Shown here: piece after piece, positions 9,930-19,421 of the stretch
Numbering within the stretch: position 1 is the first letter of the stretch
Layout of the letters: the number at the start of each line of letters is the position of its first letter
From: Candidatus Latescibacterota bacterium
Lineage (GTDB): Bacteria > Latescibacterota > UBA2968 > GCA-2709665
DNA length: 64,000 bases
Reading direction: 5' to 3'
Assembly (NCBI GenBank): GCA_965222075.1
Contig: OZ244937.1
Coordinates: forward strand, 5,280,001 to 5,344,000
Notes under the pieces: model-generated
Told to the model about the DNA's origin: nothing
The model's database searches: none
The model's input: only the letters and a program-made list of their open reading frames with translations
Program-made: the position numbers and the translations under genes

Positions 9930-10942
9930 TAGAGAAAGACGGCCTGAACGTTGAAGCGGATGGCGTTCCGACGGATGCATGGAATCTGGATCTGCCGCAG
10001 ATGCCGGTAGGGGTGCACGGGTGTTTTGCCGTTTCGGACGGGAAGTGGATCTGCGTTGTGGGGGGGACGTCTGAGACGGGGCATACGGATGTCGTCCAGC
10101 GCTTCGATATCAGAAACGGATCGTGGCAAACGGCTTCGGTTCTCGCCTGGCAGGGACGGCTTATGGTGGGTGGGCTTCTGGACGCAGGGCTTGTCGTGGT
10201 GTTCGGAGGGGCGTTTTGCGTCTACCATCCCGATACAGGATCGGTTGATGGTCCCATTCCGTTGCAGACTTTGAGGCCGTATCGGAATGCGGGAAAAGGG
10301 GTTGTTTTTGAAGATTGTCTGATCGTTGTCGGGGGAACATGGGAGGGGGTCGACGCAGGGTGTTTCAGCAATCAGGCCGTTGAGCTGAATCCGGTTGACG
10401 GGACAGAGCGCCCGCTTTCTCCGATGCGCATCGGCCGGGCGCTGTTCGAGGCCGTAGCGTACGGAGGTGCGATCTACGTTTTTGGTGGAAAGGTCGACGA
10501 TTCGGGTGAGAGGCTGACGCGGAGCGTGACCGATACGATCGAACGCTACGATGTCAAGTCGGATACGTGGACGTTGCTGGATGTGCGGATGCCGCTTCCC
10601 CGGATGGTGTCGGCGGCGGTTCGCATCGACCGGTGGGCGCTGCTTTTTGACGGCCAGCCGAGAAACGATGCGCTTCAAATGTCTTCGGTGTGGGTGTTTG
10701 ACCTGGAGAGAGAGGTGTTTGTACAGAACACCTGGATTTCGCCCTATGCAGCCTGGTCCGGGGGCGCGGTTCTTGTGGGAGATACCGTCTATCTTGCGGG
10801 GGGTAACCAGCTCGTGTACCGAAAAGACCGCCCCGGTACGTTTACCATGCAGCATACGATTGTCAACCGGTTTATCTCTTTTCATCCCTCTCTTCCACCC
10901 GGGATGGACGCTGGAGAGGATGTTCCACGGAGGGTTTATTAG
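9926..10942 (+). CDS. Kelch-repeat protein
   Basis: Repeated VVGG/VFGG...YD...W kelch blades. Confidence 0.8.
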   Translation: MIEKDGLNVEADGVPTDAWNLDLPQMPVGVHGCFAVSDGKWICVVGGTSETGHTDVVQRFDIRNGSWQTASVLAWQGRLMVGGLLDAGLVVVFGGAFCVYHPDTGSVDGPIPLQTLRPYRNAGKGVVFEDCLIVVGGTWEGVDAGCFSNQAVELNPVDGTERPLSPMRIGRALFEAVAYGGAIYVFGGKVDDSGERLTRSVTDTIERYDVKSDTWTLLDVRMPLPRMVSAAVRIDRWALLFDGQPRNDALQMSSVWVFDLEREVFVQNTWISPYAAWSGGAVLVGDTVYLAGGNQLVYRKDRPGTFTMQHTIVNRFISFHPSLPPGMDAGEDVPRRVY

Positions 10943-10963
10943 AGGAGAACGAGAGGTTCAGAG

Positions 10964-12394
10964 ATGGATCAACCGATTTTGTACGCAGGTGCGGCCCGGC
11001 GAGTGATCACACCGCCGGTGGGGGTGTCGATGTCCGGATGGAACCCCCGGGCGGCGGGGGATATTCAGGCGCGTTATGTGCACGATGATCTTTACGCCAA
11101 GGCGCTCGTTTTGCAGCGGGGGAATCGGGCATGGGCTCTGGTTGCGGTCGATCTGACGGGTGTGGATGCGGTTGCCACGGCGCAGATCCGGCAGGGTGCG
11201 GCAGAACAGACCGGGCTGGCTCCCGATGCGATCATGGTCTGTGCGACTCACACGCATTCGGGGCCGGCGTTATGTCCTGTGGCGACGACGTACAGCCCGG
11301 AGGATATGGCGCGTCACACGATAAGGGGGGATGGGTCTGCGCCTGCGTCTATGGGCGAGGTGACAACGGTCTCGTCCTCGGCAAGCTGGGTGGGTGAGAC
11401 GGACATGGAATGGAAGGCGTGGTTTGTGACCCGGGCGATAGAGGCGGTGGTGGAGGCATGGGGGGCGCTGAGGCCGGCGGCGGTGGGGTTCGGACAGGCC
11501 GAGGTCGAGGGGGTGGCGAGTTCGAGGCGGGTGTTGATGTCGGACGGGAGTTGGGGCGATCCGAGGCGGGAGCCGGTTGCGGGGGGTGACGTGGTTTCGC
11601 GTACGGAGATCGATCCCCTGGTGCGGGTGTTCACGGTGAGGGAGCAGGAGACGGAGGTTGCGCTGGCAGCCGTGATCAACTACGGCTCGCACCCATGGAT
11701 CTTCTGCGGGTCGGGCATCTCGGCGGAGGTCGCCGGCGCAACGGCGGATCGGGTTGCAGAGGAGTGGGCGTCTGCGGAGGCAGAGCAGCCGGTTGTTCTG
11801 TATACTTCCGGACCCGAGGGGGATGTGAGTCTGATCTGGAATATCGATATCGAGCAGGTGTGGAAGACCCGGCCGGGGGAGCACCCGCAGGAGAGCCTGA
11901 CCAGGCGGGAGCAGGGGTTTGGGCGGGAGCTGGCGCGTCTGAGCAGGCGGCTGGCGGACGGGGTGATGGCGGCGATTGCGGGGGTGGAACGCTGGGATGC
12001 AGCGCCCGGGATGTGGGCCCGCCGGCAGGAGGTGGCGCTGCCTTTGAAGGAGGGATACCGCCCGGTGGACGAAGTGCTGCTGGCCGAGTGGCAGCAGGCG
12101 GCGCCGGAATCTTACCACCTGACGGAGGTGCAGGCGCTGGGGGCGGGCGAAGGCGCCTTCCTCGGGCTTCCGGGGGAGCCGTTCGCTTCTCTGGGGAGGG
12201 CAATTCAGGTCCAGTCGCGGTTCCAGCACCTGCTGATCTCTGCGCTGACCAATGAGTTCGGCGCGATCAGCTATATCGGCGACCGGGAGGCGTACGATCT
12301 GGGAGGGTACGAGACTGCGTTCACGCCGGTTGGTCCGGGCGCGGGAGAGGTGCTGGTGGACCGGGCAGTGGCTCTGTTGAGCGCGTGTGAGTGA
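10964..12394 (+). CDS. Neutral/alkaline ceramidase-like amidohydrolase
   Basis: AGAARRVITP, VHDDLYAKAL, ATHTHSGP, NYGSHP, LPGEPF, GGYE. Confidence 0.8.
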   Translation: MDQPILYAGAARRVITPPVGVSMSGWNPRAAGDIQARYVHDDLYAKALVLQRGNRAWALVAVDLTGVDAVATAQIRQGAAEQTGLAPDAIMVCATHTHSGPALCPVATTYSPEDMARHTIRGDGSAPASMGEVTTVSSSASWVGETDMEWKAWFVTRAIEAVVEAWGALRPAAVGFGQAEVEGVASSRRVLMSDGSWGDPRREPVAGGDVVSRTEIDPLVRVFTVREQETEVALAAVINYGSHPWIFCGSGISAEVAGATADRVAEEWASAEAEQPVVLYTSGPEGDVSLIWNIDIEQVWKTRPGEHPQESLTRREQGFGRELARLSRRLADGVMAAIAGVERWDAAPGMWARRQEVALPLKEGYRPVDEVLLAEWQQAAPESYHLTEVQALGAGEGAFLGLPGEPFASLGRAIQVQSRFQHLLISALTNEFGAISYIGDREAYDLGGYETAFTPVGPGAGEVLVDRAVALLSACE

Positions 12395-12407
12395 AGCAGA
12401 GGTCACA

Positions 12408-12536
12408 ATGATGGCGAAGCGGAAGAAGCTTTTTATTACGGGGGCCGGGGGGATCGTGGGGACGGCGCTGCGGAAACAGCTGCGAGAACGCTACGATTTG
12501 CGGCTGCTGTTCTATCCCGGGCCTGCGCCACATTGA
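12408..12536 (+). pseudogene. NAD-dependent epimerase/dehydrogenase N-terminal stub
   Basis: MMAKRKKLFITGAGGIVGTALRKQLRERYDLRLL (GxxGxxG), stop after 42 aa. Confidence 0.7.
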
Positions 12537-12569
12537 TGCGAAAGCTTTTTCTGCGGTGGGAGAGAAAAC

Positions 12570-13622
12570 GTGATCCATCTGAACAATTCAGGGTCGGCTT
12601 ATGATATTGGTCTGCAGCACGGGCGTTCCTGCCCTGCCGCCGTTGGCATGGCGTATGAGGCCTGGGTGCAACTTGAGGGGGTTGATCCTTCGTGGGTCGA
12701 GGGCGGCATTCGATTTGTGGAGGACAGGCTGAAACGGAGCTTTCCGGAGGTATTGCGTGAGATGCGGGGTATCGCCGACGGCTCCGGCGTGCTGTACGAG
12801 AATATCTTGACCCTGAACTGTCTGGATGCGATTCTTCCTGCCGGAAAAGGGTGGCCCCGCTGCTCGAACATCGGATTCAAGGATTCGGACGCAGGGGTGC
12901 TGTTGGGTAAGACGGCCGACTGGGAGGCCACGGGATCGGAGAATTTTGCGGCCTGGCAGCGGTACCAGCCCGAGGCCGATCAGGGGTATGCGTTTATCCA
13001 CTACGGCTGCGCCGGGACCCTCTGGAGCGAGGGTGGGCTGAACGAAGCCGGTCTGGGGATGGTCCTCAACGGCCTGCCCGGCTCGGGGGCTGGACCGGAC
13101 AGCGTGCACTGGTTGTGCCTGACCCGGGGGGTGCTGCAACATTGCCGAAGTGTGCAGGATGCGCTGGATTTCCTGGGCCGATACGATGTGATGTACTGGG
13201 GGGTGAACCTGACGCTGGCCGATGTGAGTGGGGATATGGCCTTTGTGGAGGTCGTGCCGGGCGCCCGGGCCGTTCGCAGGCCGGAGGGAGATTATCTGAT
13301 TCACACCAACCACTGTGTCTGCCCGGAAACGCTGGAACGGCAGCCCGAGAAGGACGTGCCCTCCGCCTTCGGAGTCGCGGGCTTGCGGGAGAACAGCCGG
13401 GCCCGGTATAAGACGCTGGAACGGATCGTGCCGGGGGCCCCCCGGACCGTGGCAGGGATGCAAGCGTTGCTTCGCGACCGGTCCATGCCAGGGCCCATCA
13501 GCCAGAGCGGCGAAGCGGGGATGCGGACGGTCTACGCCATGGTTGTCGCCCCTGCGCAGGGGAAGATGTGGGGCGTGGAAGGGTTTCCGCCGGATATGTC
13601 CTTTGCCGCATATCAGATTTAG
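12570..13622 (+). CDS. C45 family Ntn-hydrolase (acyltransferase/peptidase)
   Basis: GSAYDIGLQHG, EMRGIADG, RC|SNIG nucleophile Cys, GLNEAGL, HTNH. Confidence 0.85.
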   Translation: MIHLNNSGSAYDIGLQHGRSCPAAVGMAYEAWVQLEGVDPSWVEGGIRFVEDRLKRSFPEVLREMRGIADGSGVLYENILTLNCLDAILPAGKGWPRCSNIGFKDSDAGVLLGKTADWEATGSENFAAWQRYQPEADQGYAFIHYGCAGTLWSEGGLNEAGLGMVLNGLPGSGAGPDSVHWLCLTRGVLQHCRSVQDALDFLGRYDVMYWGVNLTLADVSGDMAFVEVVPGARAVRRPEGDYLIHTNHCVCPETLERQPEKDVPSAFGVAGLRENSRARYKTLERIVPGAPRTVAGMQALLRDRSMPGPISQSGEAGMRTVYAMVVAPAQGKMWGVEGFPPDMSFAAYQI

Positions 13623-13716
13623 GGTAAAGTTCGCCACTGGCGGTATGCTGCATTGCTTGATTCTGAATTGAAAACCAGCTGTATTCTCCTATGCAGAGAA
13701 AGCTCCTTGCGGATAC

Positions 13717-13754
13717 GGCCAACGTTTCCGCCGGCTGTGAACCTGCGCAGCAGG
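13717..13754 (-). mobile_element. Half attC-like site (remnant)
   Basis: GGCCAACgtttccgccggctgtgaacctgcgcagcagg closely matches the left arms of the sites at 19315 and 17596; the other arm is missing. Confidence 0.6.
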
Positions 13755-14006
13755 CGCGGCGACCCAGTGATTATAATAGCGTGTGCCATCGTCGGGAGTC
13801 CCGCGTTCTGCAGCCGCCTTTAACTCGTCTGCGAGTGCTGTGGCCCACTCCTTCCAGGTGAAGTGACCCTGTTCAGAGAGCTTCACGGCCAGGGCGAATG
13901 CGTGGGCTTGCCAAGGTTCGGCGAAAATCGGCCCCTCCTCGTCTTGAGGCAAGGGTGGCAGAGCCTCAATTCGTTTGGCATCAAGGTTAGTGTCAGGCTG
14001 GCTCAA
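13755..14006 (-). pseudogene. Nitrile hydratase accessory protein, 3'-truncated
   Basis: PIFAEPWQAHAFALAVKL...FTWKEWA...YYNHWVAA, then it breaks into the half attC. Confidence 0.8.
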
Positions 14007-14325
14007 GGTATTCCTCCCATAGATCAATGTAGACGATATCCCGTGGTGAGGCTCGTTCTCCCCAAAGTTCCTGAGAATCGAAGCGCACCGTGTATACGTG
14101 CTGCGGGAAGTTACCGAGCCGCTGGCCGTTCTCGTCGGTGTCCTGGAGAGCCCAGACGCCATTGTCTCTCAAAACGGTCCCTCGTTTTCCCCGGGCGTAT
14201 CGAGGTACACGTGTATGACCCCGCGGATGCAGGTTGCGGACACGGACCTCGTCGTCGACGCTGAAGCTCGGAGCAGGTGTAGGGGGGGCAGGCTTATTGC
14301 CCTCCGGAGGAGGAAGGAGCGTCGG
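13993..14325 (-). pseudogene. nthB: Nitrile hydratase beta subunit C-terminal fragment
   Basis: GHTRVPRYARGKRGTV...PQHVYTVRF...ELWG...IDLWEEYLEPA; the N-terminal half and the alpha subunit are absent. Confidence 0.85.
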
Positions 14326-14477
14326 CAGTGGCTGGCCCGGTCTCCAGGGCTGTCGTCGACGTGCTTTGAGAACAAGCAGCGGGGGCAGTGGTTTCGATAG
14401 CTCCCGTTGACCAAAGGATACACTTCCGCATGACAGAATTCGCAAACGAATCCGGTGTTCTCATCTTTCCTGTCCAT
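14325..14477 (-). pseudogene. RNHCP-domain protein N-terminal fragment
   Basis: FVCEFC...SYRNHCPRCLFSKHVD..PGDRASHC, then joins the nthB fragment. Confidence 0.8.
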
Positions 14478-14656
14478 GCCCCTTCTCTATTCAGATGAAT
14501 CAATCATCTCTCCTTTTACTATGCAAATATGGATTCCCTGCATGGCGTCTAATGTCTCACGGTTTGCTGATTCCGATATTCCGTTGCCAGGATTCCATAC
14601 TCGTGACAGACCGCCATGGCCGTTCATACCCGCATGCATCGCGAGAGAGATTCCGC

Positions 14657-15031
14657 TCAAACCCCTTCCCGGAAACGCGTGACGATGGATCGCGCACCGC
14701 TGATCAAGAATTCGTCATCGGTTCCGATTGCAAGAAATCGGAACCCTTGCTCGATGTATCTGAACGCCGAATCGGCATCCGCCGTGTACGCGACTCCGGG
14801 GACCACTCCGTGGCGCTCGCAGGCGTTGAGAACCTTTTGAAATGCCCGCTGCAGGTCGGGATTGTCGAAGTCGAGGTGGCTACCATCGACGGATGTGCTG
14901 CCGATATGCTCAATTTCGAGGGCTGCATCCCCGAAGACAGCGAGAAGTCCTCTCTTCTCAGCATCGTATTTGTGTCGCCACTTCGGGTCGAATTCTGACA
15001 ACTCCCATATGACTGTCTCATCCACTGGCAT
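14657..15031 (-). pseudogene. Chimera of a GrpB-family N-terminus and an HpcH/HpaI aldolase C-terminus
   Basis: FDPKW...E...IEHIGSTSV (GrpB) fused in frame to NPDLQRAFQKVLNAC..HGVVPG...QGFRFLAIGTD (HpcH). Confidence 0.75.
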
Positions 15032-15085
15032 TTCTCACTGTCTGCGAATGTACGGAGATCGCTGAATCATTCGTCACCCAATTTC

Positions 15086-15177
15086 AGGTAACGTTCTCGC
15101 GGTTTGCGAACGCCGACAGGCGTTGCCGCAGGCCAAGGCGCCTGAAAGGCGGCGCAGCGAAAACCGTGCTGTTATCG
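15086..15177 (-). mobile_element. attC-like site 1
   Basis: Plus strand AGGTAAC-N7-CGGTTT...AAACCG-N4-GTTATCG, between two cassette genes. Confidence 0.8.
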
Positions 15178-15190
15178 GAAGTAGACTCCA

Positions 15191-15958
15191 TTAGGCCTGC
15201 GCCGTCACAACTGGTTGAAAATAGCCAGACTGCTCAGGCGCATGCCAGACGATTTTCGTAAATCCGGCTGACTCCAGGGCCGAAGTGAGCTCGTTGCGTC
15301 TTATTGCCCTGTAGCGAGTCCTGGCCTCCTTCACTCGCCATCCACTCGATGCTTGGCTCATTATGAAAAGCCGGACTCGATAGGTATCTGATTCCTTGGA
15401 CCAGTCCCAGATCTGAAATGTTATTGCTCCTCGCTCGGGTACACCATCGAGATTCGGAGCCATAAACGATGGTCTTTCGGCGAGTAACCGATCGTAATCG
15501 CGAATACTGGCAACAAACCGTCCTTTGTCAGTCAGTACGTGCCGGATGCTTCGGAGAGCGAGAGTTAAATCTTCGTCAGTCAAAAGGTGCGGTAAGGAAT
15601 TGTCACAGCTGATCACGACATCGAATTTCTGGCCGAATACACATTCCAGCTCACGAACATCGGCAACAGCGAACCGTATGTTCAGCCCTCGCTTAGCTGC
15701 TTCTGATTTCGCCCTGGCAATCGCCTTCGGGCTAAGATCGGACGCGAAGACTTCGTATCCTCGTTGCGCCAAGCCAATTGCCTGGGTGCCTATTCCGCAT
15801 GAACAGTCCAGGACAACCGATGCATTCGCTGAAGACTCACATTGAATCAACTGATCCAGTGCATACGACTGCCGTTCGATTGCCGATTCCCAGTCCGCGT
15901 AAACGTGATGGTAATCAGCAGCTAAATCATCGTAAAAGCGTTTGACGGATTCGCTCAC
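15191..15958 (-). CDS. Class I SAM-dependent methyltransferase (cassette)
   Basis: VLDCSCGIGTQ, FDVVISCDNSLPHL; GTG start chosen downstream of attC 2. Confidence 0.85.
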   Translation of the reverse strand: MSESVKRFYDDLAADYHHVYADWESAIERQSYALDQLIQCESSANASVVLDCSCGIGTQAIGLAQRGYEVFASDLSPKAIARAKSEAAKRGLNIRFAVADVRELECVFGQKFDVVISCDNSLPHLLTDEDLTLALRSIRHVLTDKGRFVASIRDYDRLLAERPSFMAPNLDGVPERGAITFQIWDWSKESDTYRVRLFIMSQASSGWRVKEARTRYRAIRRNELTSALESAGFTKIVWHAPEQSGYFQPVVTAQA

Positions 15959-15987
15959 GTTGATGACTCTCTCAACGAGTCCATTTC

Positions 15988-16128
15988 CGATAACGTTCCC
16001 GGTGTGTGCGAACCTGCCGAGCGGGCGCGGCGGTTGCAACAGGGGTTTCGATTAGCAAGCGCCGTGACCGCGAAGGAAGGTTGGGCGATGGGGCGAATGC
16101 CCCAAAGCCGCAGCCGGTCGTATTAGCC
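15988..16128 (-). mobile_element. attC-like site 2 (degenerate core)
   Basis: CGATAAC...ATTAGCC with internal inverted repeats. Confidence 0.65.
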
Positions 16129-16186
16129 GTCCGAGCAGCCCACAGACTGCCCTTGCCAGGGTCGGCAAGGCCATCGTCTTTGACCT

Positions 16187-16744
16187 TCACGCTCTTCGAG
16201 TCTGTTTCATATCATGAGCGAATGGGTATAGTTCCCCGAAGTCCGCAGATTCTGGGCCAAATAGCTCTGCCGCTTGTCTGAAATGGACGGCCCGAACTTC
16301 CACAATCCTGCTATTCGGATCCGGATCAGCTCTGTCCTCGGTTTTTCGAACCACATCAGCCCACGATACGACTCGCACATGCTCTGGGTGCGGGAAGTGG
16401 GGCAACCTGGGGCGGTCGTTTCGAGAGACGCAGTAGTACATCCCTATCGGATGAAGTTCCCCCAGATTGCTTCTCGTTTCCTCCAATAGCTCGCGACGAC
16501 CAGCCTCCTCCCAATTCTCGTTGGGTTCGAGGGTGCCTCCCGGCAAGACCCATTTCCCGTTGGACCGCTTGGTCACGAGACAATGACTGTCGGAGACGAA
16601 AGGAATGATATAAGAGGAGCCACAAATAGTCGAAGCCAGTTCATTTTCGAATTTGCGGAAGTGGACATTGGGACGTAGTTGCCCATGCTCCTCACTCAGG
16701 GTGGGGTATTTCGAGATGAGCTTGTCGAACTGCGTACGGTCCAT
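16187..16744 (-). CDS. NUDIX hydrolase (cassette)
   Basis: Nudix box PGGTLEPNENWEEAGRRELLEET. Confidence 0.9.
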   Translation of the reverse strand: MDRTQFDKLISKYPTLSEEHGQLRPNVHFRKFENELASTICGSSYIIPFVSDSHCLVTKRSNGKWVLPGGTLEPNENWEEAGRRELLEETRSNLGELHPIGMYYCVSRNDRPRLPHFPHPEHVRVVSWADVVRKTEDRADPDPNSRIVEVRAVHFRQAAELFGPESADFGELYPFAHDMKQTRRA

Positions 16745-16811
16745 GTTAAAGGCTACGTGTGGTTTTCTGGCGGCGCGTCCTGCGCCGCCCCTGTCTTGCG
16801 GGCTGCTTCGC

Positions 16812-16892
16812 GGCTAACGTATCGCCGTGCCCGAGCCGCGCAGCGGTTGCGCGAAGGGCGTAAGCCCGAAGCCGGGCACGGACGTGTTAGCC
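16812..16892 (-). mobile_element. attC-like site 3
   Basis: GGCTAAC-N6-CCGTGCCCG...CGGGCACGG-N4-GTTAGCC. Confidence 0.85.
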
Positions 16893-16903
16893 GAAGTATG
16901 AAT

Positions 16904-17569
16904 TCACTTGAGGTTGCGTATTGTGCTCGGCAACTCGTCAAGATCGTCAACAACCGCATCCACAATCTCAGGCACCTCCCAGTACTCATCTCGCTTCCAA
17001 ATCGCTTTCATCCCGAAGGACTTGGCGCCCCGAACGTCGGCCTCCGGGTTGTCGCCAATCATGATAGCCTGATCTGGTGAGACGCCCAGGTTGTCGGTCG
17101 CACGACGGAAGATCTCCGCATCCGGTTTTGCGACCCCTTCTGCTTCCGAGATCAACATTGTGTCGAAATAGCGAGAGATTCCCAAACCATCAATCTTCGG
17201 CTGCTGCGAATCAACTCGCCCGTTCGTAACGAGCCCCATCTTTAAACCTTGTTGCCTGAGTATGGTAAGAGTCTGATGTGCCTTAGGAAACGGAACGCAT
17301 ATATGGGGAAAGTATGTCAGGAAGTCCTCCAGCAACCTCTGCCAAATACCGGGTGAGAGAGCAAAGTCGCGTTCAATGCTCCTAAACAGCCCCTCCTTCT
17401 CGGCGTGGCCATGTGCGTCCAACTCAATGACTCGCTCCATGTATTCGGCAAATGGAAGAGATTGAAGATCATTTGCTAGTCGTTCGACCTGAATATGCAG
17501 GTACACTCTAAGGCTACTGATCCGATCCAATAGCGTTCCGTCAAGATCGAAGAGCGCTGCTTGAAACAT
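16904..17569 (-). CDS. HAD-family hydrolase (cassette)
   Basis: FDLDGTL, VTNG, KPD, IGDNPEAD. Confidence 0.9.
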   Translation of the reverse strand: MFQAALFDLDGTLLDRISSLRVYLHIQVERLANDLQSLPFAEYMERVIELDAHGHAEKEGLFRSIERDFALSPGIWQRLLEDFLTYFPHICVPFPKAHQTLTILRQQGLKMGLVTNGRVDSQQPKIDGLGISRYFDTMLISEAEGVAKPDAEIFRRATDNLGVSPDQAIMIGDNPEADVRGAKSFGMKAIWKRDEYWEVPEIVDAVVDDLDELPSTIRNLK

Positions 17570-17595
17570 TTGTACCTCCAGTCGGACTCCATTTC

Positions 17596-17665
17596 GGCTA
17601 ACGGTCTCGCGGGCTGCGAACCCGCGCAGCGGGTTGGTGCGGAGGCGCAGCCCGACGTGTTAGGT
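17596..17665 (-). mobile_element. attC-like site 4
   Basis: GGCTAAC-N7-CGGGCTGCG...CGCAGCCCG-N4-GTTAGGT. Confidence 0.85.
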
Positions 17666-17691
17666 GCAGTGGCATTCAGATTCGTGTCTGG

Positions 17692-18138
17692 CTATTTCAG
17701 GCTCTTCCGAAAGAAGACCTCACTTGCAGGACCCGTGGGAGTCCCTGTCAGAATACCGCAGTCTTCGAAACCCATATGGCGGTGCCATTTCTGAGGGTCC
17801 AATTCATCCAGCTGAGAGGAACTAAGTAGATATGTGAATCCCTTCTCTCGGAGATAACATTCTAGAAAACCAAGCATAGACCGCCCCACACCCTGTCTTT
17901 GATACTTCTTCAAGACTATGATCCCGCTGATGTAGGGCGCGCTATAGTGATGGCCCTGCCAGATGAACTGAAATTCCAGGACACCAACCGGCTCTCCATC
18001 CAATTCCGCAACGATAAACTCCTTTAGCCGGATCTTCGTTTCCACTACATCCACGGTTTCTATTGAAAGCGTATGCTTGCACCATTTGGCGTCCTCGTCC
18101 TTCGCAAACCTCACGACCGTGTCACTAGACCTTGTCAT
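17692..18138 (-). CDS. GNAT acetyltransferase (cassette)
   Basis: YQRQGVG acetyl-CoA motif; WHRHMGF. Confidence 0.85.
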   Translation of the reverse strand: MTRSSDTVVRFAKDEDAKWCKHTLSIETVDVVETKIRLKEFIVAELDGEPVGVLEFQFIWQGHHYSAPYISGIIVLKKYQRQGVGRSMLGFLECYLREKGFTYLLSSSQLDELDPQKWHRHMGFEDCGILTGTPTGPASEVFFRKSLK

Positions 18139-18200
18139 GAAAGTACCAGCCTTTGTAAGAGATGGAGGACTTCGCCGAGAGGTCGAGACTGCGCCATTGC

Positions 18201-18298
18201 GCCTAACGTTCCCGCCACTTGCGAGCCCCGAGCTTGTCGAGGGGTTGCCGACAGGACAAGGCGCCGTAGGCGACGCAGCGCAAAACGCTGTGTTGGGC
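18201..18298 (-). mobile_element. attC-like site 5
   Basis: GCCTAAC...GTTGGGC with internal hairpins. Confidence 0.75.
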
Positions 18299-18326
18299 GA
18301 AGGAGCACGTCTTTTAGGGTATCATC

Positions 18327-18551
18327 CTATGCTTCGAGAAACTCCTCTGTTGTTACCCCAGCTTGCTTCAAGATTGCAGACAAGGTTCCTTCCGGTAAAT
18401 CCCCAGGATGGTTGGGGATCGTCGTTCGGCACCGGGTAGCAGGATTCCACCAGATTTCATGGCTCCCTCGTGCATGCCGATCAAACTCAAATCCCAACCG
18501 TCTCAGTTTTCCAGTTATTTGTCGATAGGTGAAACCTGCAAGACGTCCCAT
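18327..18551 (-). CDS. hicA: HicA-family toxin
   Basis: LRRLGFEFDRHARGSHEIW...IPNHPGDLPEGTLSAILKQAG. Confidence 0.9.
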   Translation of the reverse strand: MGRLAGFTYRQITGKLRRLGFEFDRHARGSHEIWWNPATRCRTTIPNHPGDLPEGTLSAILKQAGVTTEEFLEA

Positions 18552-18796
18552 CAGGCTCCTACCAGTATGTCCAGTTCAACAACCTCAGTATCCAGCGTTT
18601 GCAATCCTTCTGGGAGAGGATCACCGTGTTCACGGTAGGATTCAATCAGTTTTCGTGCCACATCCTGTGCAATCTCAGTTGTTTCGGCCACTGTTCTGCC
18701 TTGAGCAACTAAACCAGGAAAGCTATCCGAAGTAGCTAAAAATTGGCCGTTTTCAACTTTCTGCACTTGAAGATGCAATCTATATTCTTCTGACAC
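18551..18796 (-). CDS. hicB: HicB-family antitoxin (short, no DNA-binding domain)
   Basis: FPGLVAQGRTVAE...A...LIE....GDPLP; overlaps hicA by one base. Confidence 0.85.
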   Translation of the reverse strand: MSEEYRLHLQVQKVENGQFLATSDSFPGLVAQGRTVAETTEIAQDVARKLIESYREHGDPLPEGLQTLDTEVVELDILVGA

Positions 18797-18863
18797 GGCT
18801 CATGCTCCTGTTTGGTGAATAAGGTTAGCTTTTTCGCGTCAACAAACCCTGAGAATATTGACG

Positions 18864-19286
18864 TTAAGTTTTTCTATGCATAACTACCTGTTGAGTAACC
18901 CGAAATTTGCAACTTTTATAGAGAGAGGTCAATTCGGGGTCACAAAATAAAGAGACGATATCGATATCAGCTAGTTCCTCAAGAAGTCGCCTGAGCACAG
19001 CTTTTGCAATACCTGTACGATGATCGGGGTGTACTGTTACATCTTCTATATAAGCACGGAAATGCCCGTCTAGCACCGCGCGCGCAAATCCGATCAAGTC
19101 CTCTTCCTTCCAAGCACCCACTGCAGGATTACGGTTAAGAACGTCAGTAATATCCTGTAGAGAACGCTCCGGACACCACTCATTGGCAGCATAAAGACGA
19201 CGTACAGCATCTGCCGGTATAGGATGCTCTTGATGAGTGCGAATCACGTAATTTACCATTTCAGCGCAGGTATTAATGGAAACCAT
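18864..19286 (-). CDS. GNAT acetyltransferase (cassette)
   Basis: LIGFARAV.DG...AYIEDVTVHPDHRTGIA; the start must lie downstream of attC 6. Confidence 0.8.
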   Translation of the reverse strand: MVSINTCAEMVNYVIRTHQEHPIPADAVRRLYAANEWCPERSLQDITDVLNRNPAVGAWKEEDLIGFARAVLDGHFRAYIEDVTVHPDHRTGIAKAVLRRLLEELADIDIVSLFCDPELTSLYKSCKFRVTQQVVMHRKT

Positions 19287-19314
19287 GGTTGAACAAATAT
19301 TGGTTTGCTCTTTC

Positions 19315-19400
19315 GCCCAACGTTTCCGCGGGCTGCGAACCTGCGAACCAGGTTGGGTCGGAGGTGCGAATGCGCCGCAGTGCAAACTGATGTGTTAGCC
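19315..19400 (-). mobile_element. attC-like site 6
   Basis: GCCCAAC...GTTAGCC; left arm nearly identical to site 4. Confidence 0.8.
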
Positions 19401-19421
19401 GAAGTCGATCTATTTCCAAGG

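Noticed and set aside
13689-14477. Functional nitrile hydratase locus
   Set aside because: No alpha subunit; beta and accessory genes are truncated
18835-18870. attC between the GNAT and hicB (TCAAC...GTTAAG)
   Set aside because: Too short, no inner stem, and end pairing already links 18292 with 19321
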